A stretch of DNA of 64,000 bases from Dipteris shenzhenensis (Eukaryota), in the NCBI GenBank assembly GCA_047967505.1, contig CM106538.1. The stretch is one strand, 5' to 3'. The first letter of the stretch is position 1, and every line of letters begins with the position of its first letter. The position numbers and the translations under genes were made by a program. This document shows positions 51,951 to 64,000 of this stretch, piece by piece. Below the pieces are notes generated by a model. The model saw only the letters and a list, made by a program, of their open reading frames with translations, was not told where the DNA came from and did not search any database.

Positions 51951-52379
51951 GATTTCTAACCCCATTTTGGAAGGCAACCGATAAGCATAACTTGGTTCCA
52001 TTTTTAGTGCATGTAGAATAGAAGCCCAATGCCATAAGAATGATGCAAGTCTCTATTTCTCTCTCCCTCTCACATATGATACCTAGCAATCATGATACCT
52101 GTCCATGAATCTAGAACACAAAAAAAAAAATGGTGCGATTTTTTGTTTCACAACTTTATGTTGATGAATGGGAGATAGAGTCCCTTGGTGAAGAGAGAAA
52201 GAAGCCCCCTCATGAAGGGAAGAAGAAGCCCAATCTTGAGCCCTTAATGAAGGGAATAAGCCCAAGTTTAAGCTCCCATTAGCTTGCGGACTTAATGAAG
52301 GGTTGTCAAAATAGAAAGGAAAGTCACAAATCTGATGGACAATACTTTCTAAGATGTACATATTTAATTATTAATGGAA

Positions 52380-53340
52380 CAATTTTACCAGAGTTCTTGT
52401 AGGTTTAGCAATGAGAACACTAAATTCCTTTATACAATTGTTTTAGGATCAACTACAACCATCGTGTTATTGTAAAATATAATTGGTTTAGGACTGACTA
52501 TAATAACCAGCATGGTGGTTGTACAACTTAAGTGATTCAAGATTAATTGCAACGAGTGTGGTGGTTTTATAGGATTTAGGAGGATTTAAGAGCTTTTTGT
52601 ACCACATTTTAGCAACATTTAAGAACTTTTTTTACACTTTTTAGCACTGTTTAATTGATTTTTAGCATTTTTTAAGCACTATTTGACCACTTTTTAGCAC
52701 TTTTTGAGAATTATTTAACCATAATAAGTTTAAGATTTACTGGATAAATAGAATTCATTTTCCTTGGTTTAGGATTAATTGTAGCCAACAATTTATTTTC
52801 CTCATTTTATGATTAATTGCAACCAGCATGGTGGTTTTAGGAACTAGCACAATTGTTGTACAACTTAACTTATTCAGGATTAACTGTAATTAGCATGGTG
52901 GTTTAACAAGATAAGTGGTTTAGGATTATCTACAACCACTTTAGCATTAATTGGATAAGTAGAATTCATTTTCCTTGGTTTATGATGAACTATAACTAGT
53001 GCGGTAGGTTTAGGATTAAGTACAACCAACACAACTAGTGTATAAGTTAAGTGATTCAGGATTAACTATAAGCAACATAGTGACTTTACAAGATAAGTGG
53101 TTTAGGATTATCTGCAATTATGATAAGTTTAGGATTTATTCAATAAGTGGAATACATTTTCCTTGGTTCAAGATTTATTATAACTGGTGTGGTTGAGTCT
53201 AATGATAAACTATTTGGCATCATTTTATTGTGGATTGTAAACAAACTAATTACACAATGAGAATACATTTTCTTGTATTGTCTTAATCCTCTATGCCAAG
53301 AGAATAGACAATGAGAATGCATTTCCCTATACTATCTTAG
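52380..53340. repeat. AT-rich degenerate tandem repeats
   Basis: Recurring tttaggattaactacaacc, agcatggtggtt, ttttagcac and gaattcattttccttggttt. Confidence 0.75.
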
Positions 53341-53607
53341 TCCTCTACTCTAAGACATTTGATGTTGTGCTCATGTGTGTCTAAATCCATTTTGAAGACA
53401 TTTTGCCCTTCTTTTGTTCAGGCATAGCTTATAGTTGAAACTTAATAGCTCTTACAAATGAGAGTACACATACGTCTGTAGAACTTTTGTAATAGTCTAT
53501 AATTGTGGCCTTTCTTGGATGTTTTTGGTACTAGATACTGTTGTCATTGTTTTACCCAAGTGCAGGTTCCGAGGGTGTTGGTCACCTACAGTCGTGTCAT
53601 CACTCAT

Positions 53608-54831
53608 TGTAGCATAGGTGTTCACAAGTGTAGCATAGGTCCTCGGGTCATGTTCTGGTGAGAGGTGTAGGATAAAGCATGGAAAGCAGATCTCATGCAC
53701 GCATGAATGAGGAAGAGGGCTTGATTATAAACGATTAATGGAGGCTCTCGCCTCCATGGGAGCTCAAGGGTTTAGAAGGGGGTTTCAGGGTTCGAAAGGG
53801 GGACAAGGTTGAGAGAACTAACTAGGAGTTCTAGGGTTCAGAGGGGGTTGCAGGGTTTAGGAGGAGTCCAAGGTTGAGGAGTAGAGAGTTAGTCTCCTTC
53901 GTGGATTCGAGGGGTAAGGGTTGAGAAGGAGGGACAAGGAAGGAGGAGGAAGAGAGAAGAGAGTGGAGGAGGGAGGGAGGAGGAGGAGGAGGAGGAGGAG
54001 GAGGGAGGAGGGGGAGGGAGTAAGAGAAAGGACGAGGAAGGAGGAGGGGGAGGGAGTAAGAGGAGGGAGGAGGAGGAGGAGGAGGAGGAGGGAGGAAGGA
54101 GGAAGGAGGAGGGAGGAAGGAGGAGGAGGGAGGAGGAGGAGGGAGGAGGGAGGAAGGAGGAGATAAGAGGAGGAGGAGGAGGAGGAGGAGGAGGAGGGAG
54201 GAGGAGGAGGAGGAGAAGGAAGGAGGAGGAGGAGGGGGGAGGAGGGAGGAGGAGGAGGAGGAGAAGGAAGGAGGAGGAGGAGGGGGGAGGAGGAGATGGA
54301 GGAGAAGCATGAGGAAGGAGGAGGAGGAGGGAGTACAAGGGTAGAGAGTGCAAGGGTAAGGGCATGCTAGAACACGATAGTGTAAGAGAGCATGGATGCA
54401 ATGGAGATCAATTGCATGAACACAATAGTGAGCTTGAACACTGAACCCCAAAGATTGGGAGCTTCATTCCATTGAGAGATATTTATACATGTTGGTCTCT
54501 ACACAATCCGTAGGTACTTCCGTGGTGGGACCTCTTTTGTAGGAGACCTTTTGGACAGGAGTCCCTCCACTTTTAGGGGGGACCTTTTGGGTCTCTACAC
54601 AAAGTGGGGGGACTTTTTGGGTCTCCACAAAGTGGGGGGACCTTTTTGGTCTCTACACAAAGTGGAGGGACCTCCGAAAGTGTAGGCTTTTAGTATTTCT
54701 CTCTCTAGATTAAGTATTTCTCTCTCTCGATCCTAATTTTGCAAGTATGATTGGATCTTTTCTAGAGAGGATTTTGGCTATCCTCATCCTTTAAGATTTA
54801 TCATACCATCTTTCAAGCTCAAGATATTACA
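53608..54831 (-). mobile_element. LTR of the CCT-rich family, interrupting the accessory ORF
   Basis: Minus strand starts TGTAATATCTTGAGC, identical to the 59193 start. Near-identical to 59193-60027. The 3' end (..GCTACA) is tentative. Confidence 0.75.
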
Positions 54832-57800
54832 CAAACACCGTAGATTGCTTGCTCACTTTTTAAGAAGCTAGTGTCAACCATTTCTTCAAACAAACACACA
54901 TAAAGCCCTTCAAGAGATATGGCCCTTTGAAAGAGGCGACTTGTTGTTTGAGCATCTATCTATTGATTTGGATTGAAGCTGAGGTTGGGCAAATGGTCGT
55001 CAATGGTGAGGGACACCTCCAGGATGACTGCTAAGGCTTCACTGTATCTTGCACTTTCCTTGAGTGTTTTGTCATAACTGCTTTGCATAATTGATGCATG
55101 TCTGTCCAAGGCTCTGATGAGTGTTTCCTGGCTTGTCCATTTGATTTTAGAGTTTCTATTGATTAACAGTCAATTGCAAGGAGCATCTGCATTATCTAGA
55201 TCATGATGATTGGCATCCCACTGGTAGCGACGGGGCACCGCATCAAATGTGGGATGCATGTGAAAGGAAGATGGAGCCTACATGTATTCAAGGAGGTACT
55301 TTTCATTGAGTAGCTTTAGTCTACGCCAAGTAGGCTGTTGTGGCTCCAATTTCATGCTGATGTTTGAAGTGATTTGTGCTTGGCGGCTACTCATTGAAAT
55401 TCCGGAGAGATCCCATCCTCCTCTTGACTGCATGTTTGGGTATTGCCTCCAAAAATCACCAATGGGATTACCAAGCATGGGAATCCTATCTGTATCTAAT
55501 TGCAACTCCCTTATGGGTGTGCAAATTGGATTATCCAATTCTTGAAGCTCATTGATGGAGTCATTGATGGTGTCTTCCATTGAAAACTCAAGGGAGATTG
55601 GAGAAACATGTGGTCTTGGGGGAGAGGAAGAGGTTATAGGGGAAAAGCTTGAGGTCAAAGCAAGTAGTGAATTCGAGAACTTAGAAGTAGGGATGCTAGT
55701 GGAAAGTGGAGGGAGAGCAGGACTAATTGATTTAGCAACTTAATAATCCTCAAGGGATGGATTGTCAAGTGTTGGAAAAAAGTTAGGTGTAACTGGATGA
55801 TAGGAGTTAGATTCTTGGATTCGGCAATAGTGTTGAGAGGCATGGGCAAAGAGGCATGGTAAGGAATATGGATTAGCATGGATTTCTGGAAAGGTATGGA
55901 GGATAGTACTGGAGTTAGGTAGGGATGTGAGTAGATTAGAATAGAGAGTGGCAAGATAAGGCAGATTAGATTGAAGTTAGACCACATATTTCTCTAGTAG
56001 ATCCATGTCACTTCTAGTAGGCATTGACAGCTTTAATTTTGGATTCTTCTAGGAGTTGTATCCCATGGAAGTTGCTGGTGATTGTTGCAGTAAAGGTAGG
56101 AGTCTAGCTACTACTCGAAGAGGGGGGCTTTCCATCAAGCATTCATATAGTAGTATTGCATCAGCCTTTAACCATATGAGATTTGCATGCACTAAGAGAT
56201 AGAACACATTCTTCTCATCTTCATCGATGTGCTGGCATAGATCTCGGAGAGTCTTTGTGCTTACTGGTCTAGTCCAATCAAGACTAGTAGATACTGCATG
56301 TAACATTTTGATTTGCAAGTGTTTCCAGAGTATACGTATTCTTCCTTCAAGGTGATCCTCTTGCTGGAGGACTACAACAAGTTCTTGGTATAATGTAGTG
56401 ATGCCTTGTAGCAAAAGATCTTATGCTGACCCCTCCACATCGTCATCGACTTGACCCAATAGTTGAATTTCCAACTTGGAAATTATTGCTTTTTGATTTT
56501 GCCACTCCATGCACTTATCTTTATACTTACCTAATGTGGAGGTGTATGCAAGCTATAGACTATTGAATTTTGAGCTGATTTTGGATCCCTTGGAAATTGA
56601 TCATTAAGGACATGGAGTTGGAGTATCTCTTGTTCTTGAGCATCCAGTTCTACTTTGGTGTGCACAAGTATCTCTCTTGATGCCATGCATTCCTTCTCTA
56701 GTGCTTGAATTTGACGTTCACCCTCTTTGAGGCTATTCTACAACTCATTGTTTGTGTCTAATGTGGCATGGAGCTGATCCTCTTTAAGTAGTAGTATTTC
56801 ATTTAATTGCACCAAGTCCTTCTTGATATCATCACAAGTGGCTTGCATATGGGAGAGGGATAACTTGACCTTTTCCTTTTGGTTTAAGGCATCAGATAGC
56901 TATAGGTGTTTATCTTGGAGAGAAACCGTGGCTTGTAGGGCATCCTTTCTACTTTCTACTAGAGCATTTTTTGTAAGGAGGTGTTGCTGCATTTGTTCTA
57001 CCATGCTTTCCTTGAGCTTCATAATTTCAGTCTCGGCACCTTGCAATTTGGATTGGAATGATGGGAGCATCTGTCTTTCCATTTCTATTTCATGCTCATC
57101 CGATGCCATGGTAGCAAATAATTGAGACCATTGTTGTAACTGTTGGCTGTGATGTTGTATGATCTGGAATGTGCTATGGCCTTGCTTATATTAGACATAC
57201 AGTTGACTCCCATGTGCCCATGTGGAATGTTGATCTATTTCTTAAATAGTAGTCTATTATATGGTGCCACTAGAGACATTTGGGGGTTGTGAGTTGAGAG
57301 GGGTGTAGAGTCATCCTCTTGCTCTATTGTAAACCCAATTATTATGGCCAATAGATGGGTAATGTAGCTTTTGCCATTATGGGTAGTTGGTTAGCAGCAA
57401 GGATATGTGTTGAGACCAGTCTAAGCCCAGTCTTGTAGTTTTGCTCTACCAAGGAGTGTAAGAGTTTTTACTGACATATAGTTTTTTCTCACTCCTGAAT
57501 GATTGAAAATGTCAGCCAAAAACTTAGTTGCTTCTTTGCATATGGGGTCCAGAATCATATCATGGCGTATTCCCCCACTTTGTGACTTTGTGTGAGGAGG
57601 GGATAAATCTTGAATTTCAGAGAATCTTGCATCCAAATGTTTCTTTGGATATTCTTCTTGTGCCTTTGGAAGTGAGAAAGCCTCTTGCATAGTGGATCTA
57701 CTGAGGTAGATCTGTAAGGGCTTTTCTTTATATGTTATTGTGCCATACTTATCTTTCTCCAACTCTCTGCTTTTATATGATGTTATGAATTGACAAATGT

Positions 57801-58263
57801 ATTCTATCATAGCAAGTGTTGGTAAGAAGGATTTTAGCTTCTAAAAAAGACTACCTAGTCCCTTTGACTGCAAGAAGTTATAAGCATTGGGTGACATGGC
57901 GAACGTTGAGACTCATGGCCATACAAGATGTATTGTTCCATCTGTTGCTAGCTCTTTGTTGGTCTGGTCCTCAAGGTGTTCTACACCTGCATCCTTCATG
58001 GTCAATTGCTCTGGCTCAATTTCTCCTGCCTCTAGTATCCCTTGGTTCTGTGGCATTTCTTCTTGGCATGTTGCATTTATTTGCACATCAATATCACTAT
58101 CCAAAACCACTAGCTGTGGTCATTTTGGTGCTGACCTCTGGGTTGGTTATTCTAGACCGTGTCCTTCTTCAAGTTGGTGATTTAAGGAGGGCTGTTGAGG
58201 TTGAGGCTTGGGCCGTTTGGCATGGTGTCACTTTGTTGATGGCGTTGTAGGCCTTTTTCCCAT
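54832..58263 (-). pseudogene. Accessory ORF of about 3.4 kb (basic N-terminus, PMD/Transposase_32-like block, coiled coil, unknown C-terminal domain)
   Basis: ATG 58263 MGKRPTTPSTK*HHAKRPK. ORF pieces at 57421-57810, 56900-57109, 56049-56414 and 55278-55658 lie in series on one strand. Confidence 0.6.
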
Positions 58264-59055
58264 CTTATTGGACTGTCTTCACTCTAGCATTGCAGACATG
58301 AATTAGGTCCCAGTTTGACAGTGCCAATATAGTACCATGTGCTAAGAGTGCATGTTTCTTTTGTGAGTGGCTAATGCATTTTACTCTTATTGTGATGAGG
58401 GTGTCATGTGTGTGGATCAAAACAAGTATCTCTTGGGGCTTTTATTTGTGCAATTTATTCATGGTGCTCGAAATGTGTAGGTGCACTATGCATGACTAGT
58501 GAGGTGGGCATTCCTCCTATATGCTTAATTTGCTAAGGGAATCATAGGGCAGCTAGGACTCAGTCATCACCTCTGAGCCCTAGGTTGAAATAGATTGAAA
58601 CTACCTATATGTGCAAAGGCGTACATATGCTATAGTGAGTGTTCGTGATACAGTCTACTCCTAACTATGGAAGGCTTGGGGCCCCCAAATCTTCAATATT
58701 GTCGAGGATGGCTTGCATGTTGATGTAGTAGCACTTTAGTTGGCTCCGTTTATTGTTGTTGTGAACTGGACTCCATCCAATGTTTCTAGCAGCACAGCTC
58801 TGATGGGATTCATTTTTTTGACTCTCTAAGGTCCTTGACCTAGAAATTTGAGCTTGCCCTTATGGACTTTGGTATTGTACAGTAGAAACCTTCCTTGATG
58901 TCTTTGTCTTTGTCTTTGAGGTTTCTATCAAACGATGCCTTCCTTCTCCGTTTTTCTATTGTCATGGCATGGTAGGCAACTAATTTGGTCTCTGTATACT
59001 TCTCTAATTGGTAGATTATTTCTTTCAGTGATGCATGATCTCCCATATGTTCTTT
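54832..59055 (-). mobile_element. 3' part of a second Athila-like element (integrase tail, spacer, long accessory ORF)
   Basis: 58690-59055 is homologous to 49885-50230 (GDHASLKE..YQLEK), and the spacer also matches. Confidence 0.8.
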
Positions 59056-59192
59056 GTTGGTGGATTCGGCTTGTTACATAGTACCAAACCCAAACATAAG
59101 GTTGAGGAAGCATTTTAGTATCATTGGGGAACAATATAAGAGAAGTGAGATGCAGTAATTGGATGTGTGTAGAGTAGCATCAAAGCTCCGCT

Positions 59193-62100
59193 TGTAATAT
59201 CTTGAGCCTAAAAGATGGTATGATAAAATACTAAAGGATGAGGATAGCCAAAATCCTCTCTAGAAAAGATCCAGTCATACTTGCAAAATCAAGATCTAGA
59301 GAGAGAAATACTAAATCTAGAGAGAGAAATACTAAAAGCCTACACTTTCGGAGGTCCCTCCACTTTGTGTAGAGACCCAAAAAGTCCCCCCACTTTGTGT
59401 AGAGAGCCAAAAGGTCCCCCCCAAAAGTGGAGGGACTCCTATCCAAAAGGTCTCCTACAAAAGAGGTCCCACCCCAAAAGGTCTCCTACAAAAGAGGTCC
59501 CACCACGGAGGTACCTACGGATTGTGTAGAGACCAGGTATGAATATCTCTCAATGGAATGAAGCTCCCACTCTTTGGGGTTCAGTGTTCAAGCTCACTAT
59601 TGTGTTCATGCGATTAATCTCCATTGCGTCCATGCTCTCTTACACTATCGTGTTCTAGCATGCCCTTACCCTTGCACTCTCTACCCTTGTACTTCCTCCT
59701 CCTCCTCCTTCCTCCCTCCTCCTCCTCCTCCTCCCTCATCCTTCTCCTCCATCTCCTCCTCCCCCTCCTCCTCCTCCTCCTCCTTCCTCCCTCCTCCCTC
59801 CTCCTCTCACCTCCTTCCTCCTCCTTCCTCCCTCCTTCCTGCTCCTCCTCCTCCCTCCTCTTACTCCCTCCTCCTCCTCCTTCCTCTTACTTCCTCCCCC
59901 TCCTCCTTCCTCCTCCTCCCTCCTCCTCCTCCTCCTCCCTCCCTCCTCCTCCACTCTCTTCTCTCTTCCTCCTTCTTCCTTGTCCCTTCTCCTCAACCCT
60001 TACCCCTCAAATCTGTGAAGGAGACTAGCATCTTAAGGAACAGACTAAAACCACCAGAAGTGGCTCAGCCCCCACACTTATGGTGCCCCATTTGCAATGA
60101 TACATGGCATGATGTACATACTTGTTTCTACAATATGAGGGTAGCACAACCCCGACCCCAACAATACCAACAGCCGTCACAAATCCCAGTGTACAGACAA
60201 CCGGGACTGGCACCTAATGCACAAGTGCCACGTCTTAACCCACTCCCAATGAGAACACAAGTGCCTCAACTAATGAGAAATCCCAATCCTCCGCAATATC
60301 CATGGGCTCCCAATCTTGCTCCAGTAGTTTCAGTGCAATAACTCCAACCTGAAGAGCTAGAACCTCACTATGAGTATGAAATAGAATACCCTATGTACTA
60401 CATGAATGATGCTGAAGGACTCATCCCAGTGTATGCAAATCAAGTAATACCCACCACATATCAAACACCCATCAAGTGTTTTGGTTGTGGAGAAAACCAC
60501 TGCATAGCAAAATGCCCACACAAGGGTAACCCCATTTCATTCCAACCTGTGTGCAGGGAATGCAGAGTTGGGCATGCTTGCATGGATTGCCCACTAAGAA
60601 CAAAGCCTCAACCAACCACGGAAGTAAAACCTGAAGTACCCCTGGGGATGATAAGTGTGGAAAATCACAGTGTGGCAACACGAATTATGGCATCACAGCC
60701 AAGCAGTCTTGATCATAACATGACAACAAAAAGAAGCGACATGGCAAAAACACCTTTTCGCTCAAAAAGCAAAGAGCCCTCTAGCAAAATAAGCCATGCC
60801 AATCCCACAACATAGAGAGACTATGCCTAGCACATCCATGAAAAGTGCCACCCAAGGAGCCAAGGAAGCATACCCCAGTGCTGAAACTGAAAAGACGCAC
60901 TACCAAGCCTTGAAGCAATGGGTTCAATAGGAACAAGAAAATTTTGAGGCAGAAAGGATGGCAACAGTAGAGGTCAAAGCACCATCAGCACCCAACATTG
61001 ACACAGTGATTGATCCCAACAACTTCCAAGAGGTAATAGAGCAACATGCAAAACATCCCCAATTGGATGGCACTACACTAGCAAGCTTGATAAGCTGCCC
61101 CGTCACAATGCCAATTGGGACCTTACTAAGAAATTGCCCTACAATGTGGGAAAGTTTCAAGGGATGGATCGGATCTTCACAATACTTCCCCCCACCTGAA
61201 GAAGAGGAAAAGGTAATTTCAGTAAAATTCGGTGCTAGGGATGACATAAAACATGTAACCATCCCGCTGGAGTATAAAGCCTATGGTCAATACCCGGCAA
61301 TAGTGGACGGTGGAGCCAGAGTAAACATTTTGGCAAGAGAGCTATATGAAGAATGGGGCCTGCCTCCAATGCAAGTGGCCACATTTAACATCTGTCTAGC
61401 TGACCACACGAAAATGAAGCCATTGGGTATTGTTGACAATGTGTCAACAATAATTGTTGGAGTAAGATTCAAGCTCCAATTTACTATCTTGGATCTTCCC
61501 AAGGGCGCCACAACATACCAGATATTGTTGGGAAGACCATGGCTTCAGGAAGCATCGGTACTCCATGATTGGGGCACTGATAGGATCACTATCCAAAATA
61601 GAGAAACCGCTGTCAAGATAAATCTGAGAATAGGGGAAATCAAATGCACTATTCCTAGAAATGTTGAAGACACTTCTTCCACTACCGCCACCAGTCATGC
61701 ATCCCCAGTACCTACCAATGAACTAAAGCCCATAGAAGGAGATACACAAAGTGACATCAATAATTGGATACAGACATTGGCTACAGTAGATAATTGTAAA
61801 ACAACACATCTAATATTGCCAAATGTGGATGCCCAAATGATGCAACTAGAAGCACCAATCTGGGATGATGAATCAGAAGTAGTGGAAATGCCAGTCTTCA
61901 TGACAAGCATCGAATGGGACAGTGACCCTAAAAAGTCCATAATAGAAGGCTACGGTGTTGACATAGAGTGGGATCTCAAAATAGAAGCTGATAATGCATC
62001 CTTGGAAGGCCAAGTATTTGACAATGACTTGGCAATCCTATAGGCACTCATGGCCATTTAATACCCCAAGATCGACCCTCCAGCACAATCCAATAGCAAC

Positions 62101-64000
62101 CGGAGAAGGAGGGTGTACAGTGCCAAAAGGCCAAGATAGAGCACTTCAACAAATTTGAAAGAATGCAGACCAGAGTGGTAGAATCATACTTAACTAAGCC
62201 CATAAAAGCACCCGAGTCCCCAAATTTTAAATGGGATCCTAAAGGGCTTGAAGGTGTTTGTATGGCCGAAGAACCACTCCTTGGGAGTGTGACTCCTATT
62301 GAAAATCCATCACTGGTATCACAAAGCAAAAAGCTTAGAAAGTTCAAACCCAATGTGAGAATGAAGAGTGAAAAGGTGAATAGTAACAAAAAAGAAGAAC
62401 AAGGGAACACATGTGAATTGGACCAAATATATTCCAGTGGAGCTAGCAACCAAGCAAGCACCTCAAAGTGCCATGAAGGCCTAAGGGAAGTTCTCTATTA
62501 GTTCAAAAACTACACTAGAGGAGAAGAAACAATAGCAATGCCTAGGCCAATCAGGGAATCAGAGCTCAAAGAAACAAATCGGTGAACAGCTCACTCTAGA
62601 AGAAGAAAATGAATTGAAAGCATTGCTTATGGAATATAGAGATTGCATGGCTTGGTCCTACAAAGAAATGAAAGGGATTTCCCCAGAAGTTGTAGTACAT
62701 ACCATACCAATAAGGGAAGGATCCAAACCAAAGGTATGTGGACCTTACAGGACAAATCCCAAGTATGGCACCCATGTCTATGAAGAACTATAAAAATTAC
62801 TGGAGGCTGGTTTCATTTATGAGATCAAAAATACTGATTGGGTGTCACCAATTGTGATTGTTCCTAAGAAAAACAAGAAGCTCAGAATATGTGTGAATCT
62901 CAAGAACGTCAATGCGACAACAATCAGAGATCATTATCCCCTACCATTGACTAAAACAGTTTTAGAAAGGGTAGCGGGATTTGAAGTGTATAGCTTCTTG
63001 GATGGGTTCAGCAGGTACAACCAAGTACAAATTGCACCTCAAGATCAGGCAAAGACAGTGTTTGCCATAGAATGGGAAATTTTTGCATACAGAGTCATGC
63101 CATTTGGCTTATGCAATGCCCCATCTACTTTTCAAAGGGTAATGTACACCACCTTCAAGGAATTTCTCAACAAGTTCCTACAAGTCTTCCTCGACGACTT
63201 GTGTGTACACTCAGGAAAAAAAGATCACTTGAAATGCCTTGAAGAAGTCCTCAAAAAATGCAGGGAGTATGGAATCTCTTTGAATCCTCTAAAATGCCAA
63301 TTCTTGGTCACACATGGAGTTGTCTTGGGACACATAGTCTCTCGACATGGGATTGCAACTGACATGGACAAAATAAAGATCATCATGGAACTCCCCCCCC
63401 CCCCCGCTAAATGCCAAGGGAATTCAAGTATTCATGGGACATGCCGGATACTATAGAAGATTCATAGTGAGGTATGCCATGATTGCAAGGCCCCTATGCA
63501 AGCTCCTAGTCAGCTTCATCTGGACAAACGAATGCAAACAAGCATTCAAAACCCTCAAGTGGAGATTGATCACAACCCCGGTTCTAATGGCACCAAATTG
63601 GGACATAGACTTTCATGTACATATTGATGGTTCCAATTATGCAATAGGGAGTGTGTTATGTCAACCTGGCAAACACAACAAAGACTACCCAGTATACTTT
63701 GCAAGCAGATAGCTAAATGATGCGGAGGTGAATTACACCACAACAGAAAGAGAAGCCTTGGTAATGATCTACAACGTGAAGAAATTTTGACACTATCTAT
63801 TGGCTACTGACTTTATCTTCTACACAAATCATCAAGCCTTATTATATCTTGTGAATTGGCCATGTACCACAGGCCAGATCACTCGATGGCTTCTACTGCT
63901 ACAAGAATTCAATTTCAAGATCGTGGTGAAAAAAGGAGCTCAACATTTCATTTCCGATCACATTACACGATTGAGGACAGGAGAAGAACCGGAAGGAATA
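59193..64000 (+). mobile_element. Athila-like Ty3/gypsy running off the window: partial LTR fused to gag 3' end, protease, RT, RNase H
   Basis: LTR 59193-60027; zinc knuckles; IVDGGARVN protease; LLGRPWL; RT FLDDL; RNase H FHVHIDGSNYAIGSVL. Several stops and frameshifts. Confidence 0.9.

Noticed and set aside
53831-54451. Pro/Ser/Leu-rich ORFs here and at 59574-60028, 43790-44188, 1455-2025, 38537-38992 and 27468-27795
   Set aside because: They are translations of CCT/CT low-complexity tracts that lack stop codons, not genes.
59465-59503. GGTCCCAC TCP-type sites in the LTR repeats
   Set aside because: A short motif duplicated by the minisatellite and expected by chance at this scale.

Overview
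Repeat-rich nuclear DNA from a land plant, probably a non-seed plant judging from the TCP protein and TE families (inference). There is one intact host gene: an intronless class I (PCF-type) TCP transcription factor (32877-34541, +). It lies in a CpG-retaining island of about 7 kb, with a TATA box, a structured uORF-containing leader and a downstream G-box/TCP-site cluster. Everything else is decayed transposon sequence. This includes a three-level nest of LINEs resolved by two intact target-site duplications, a LINE family repeatedly abutting (GT)n tracts, a 2.7 kb block duplicated on either side of the TCP gene, a deleted chromovirus-like Ty3/gypsy, three Athila-like Ty3/gypsy pieces, a 550 bp triplication, a nested foldback/MITE-like element, and many micro- and minisatellites. 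The most novel-looking signal is a very long (>1100 codon) accessory ORF downstream of the Athila-like integrase, with diverged homologues at two other places in the window. All alignments were done by eye and no searches were run.
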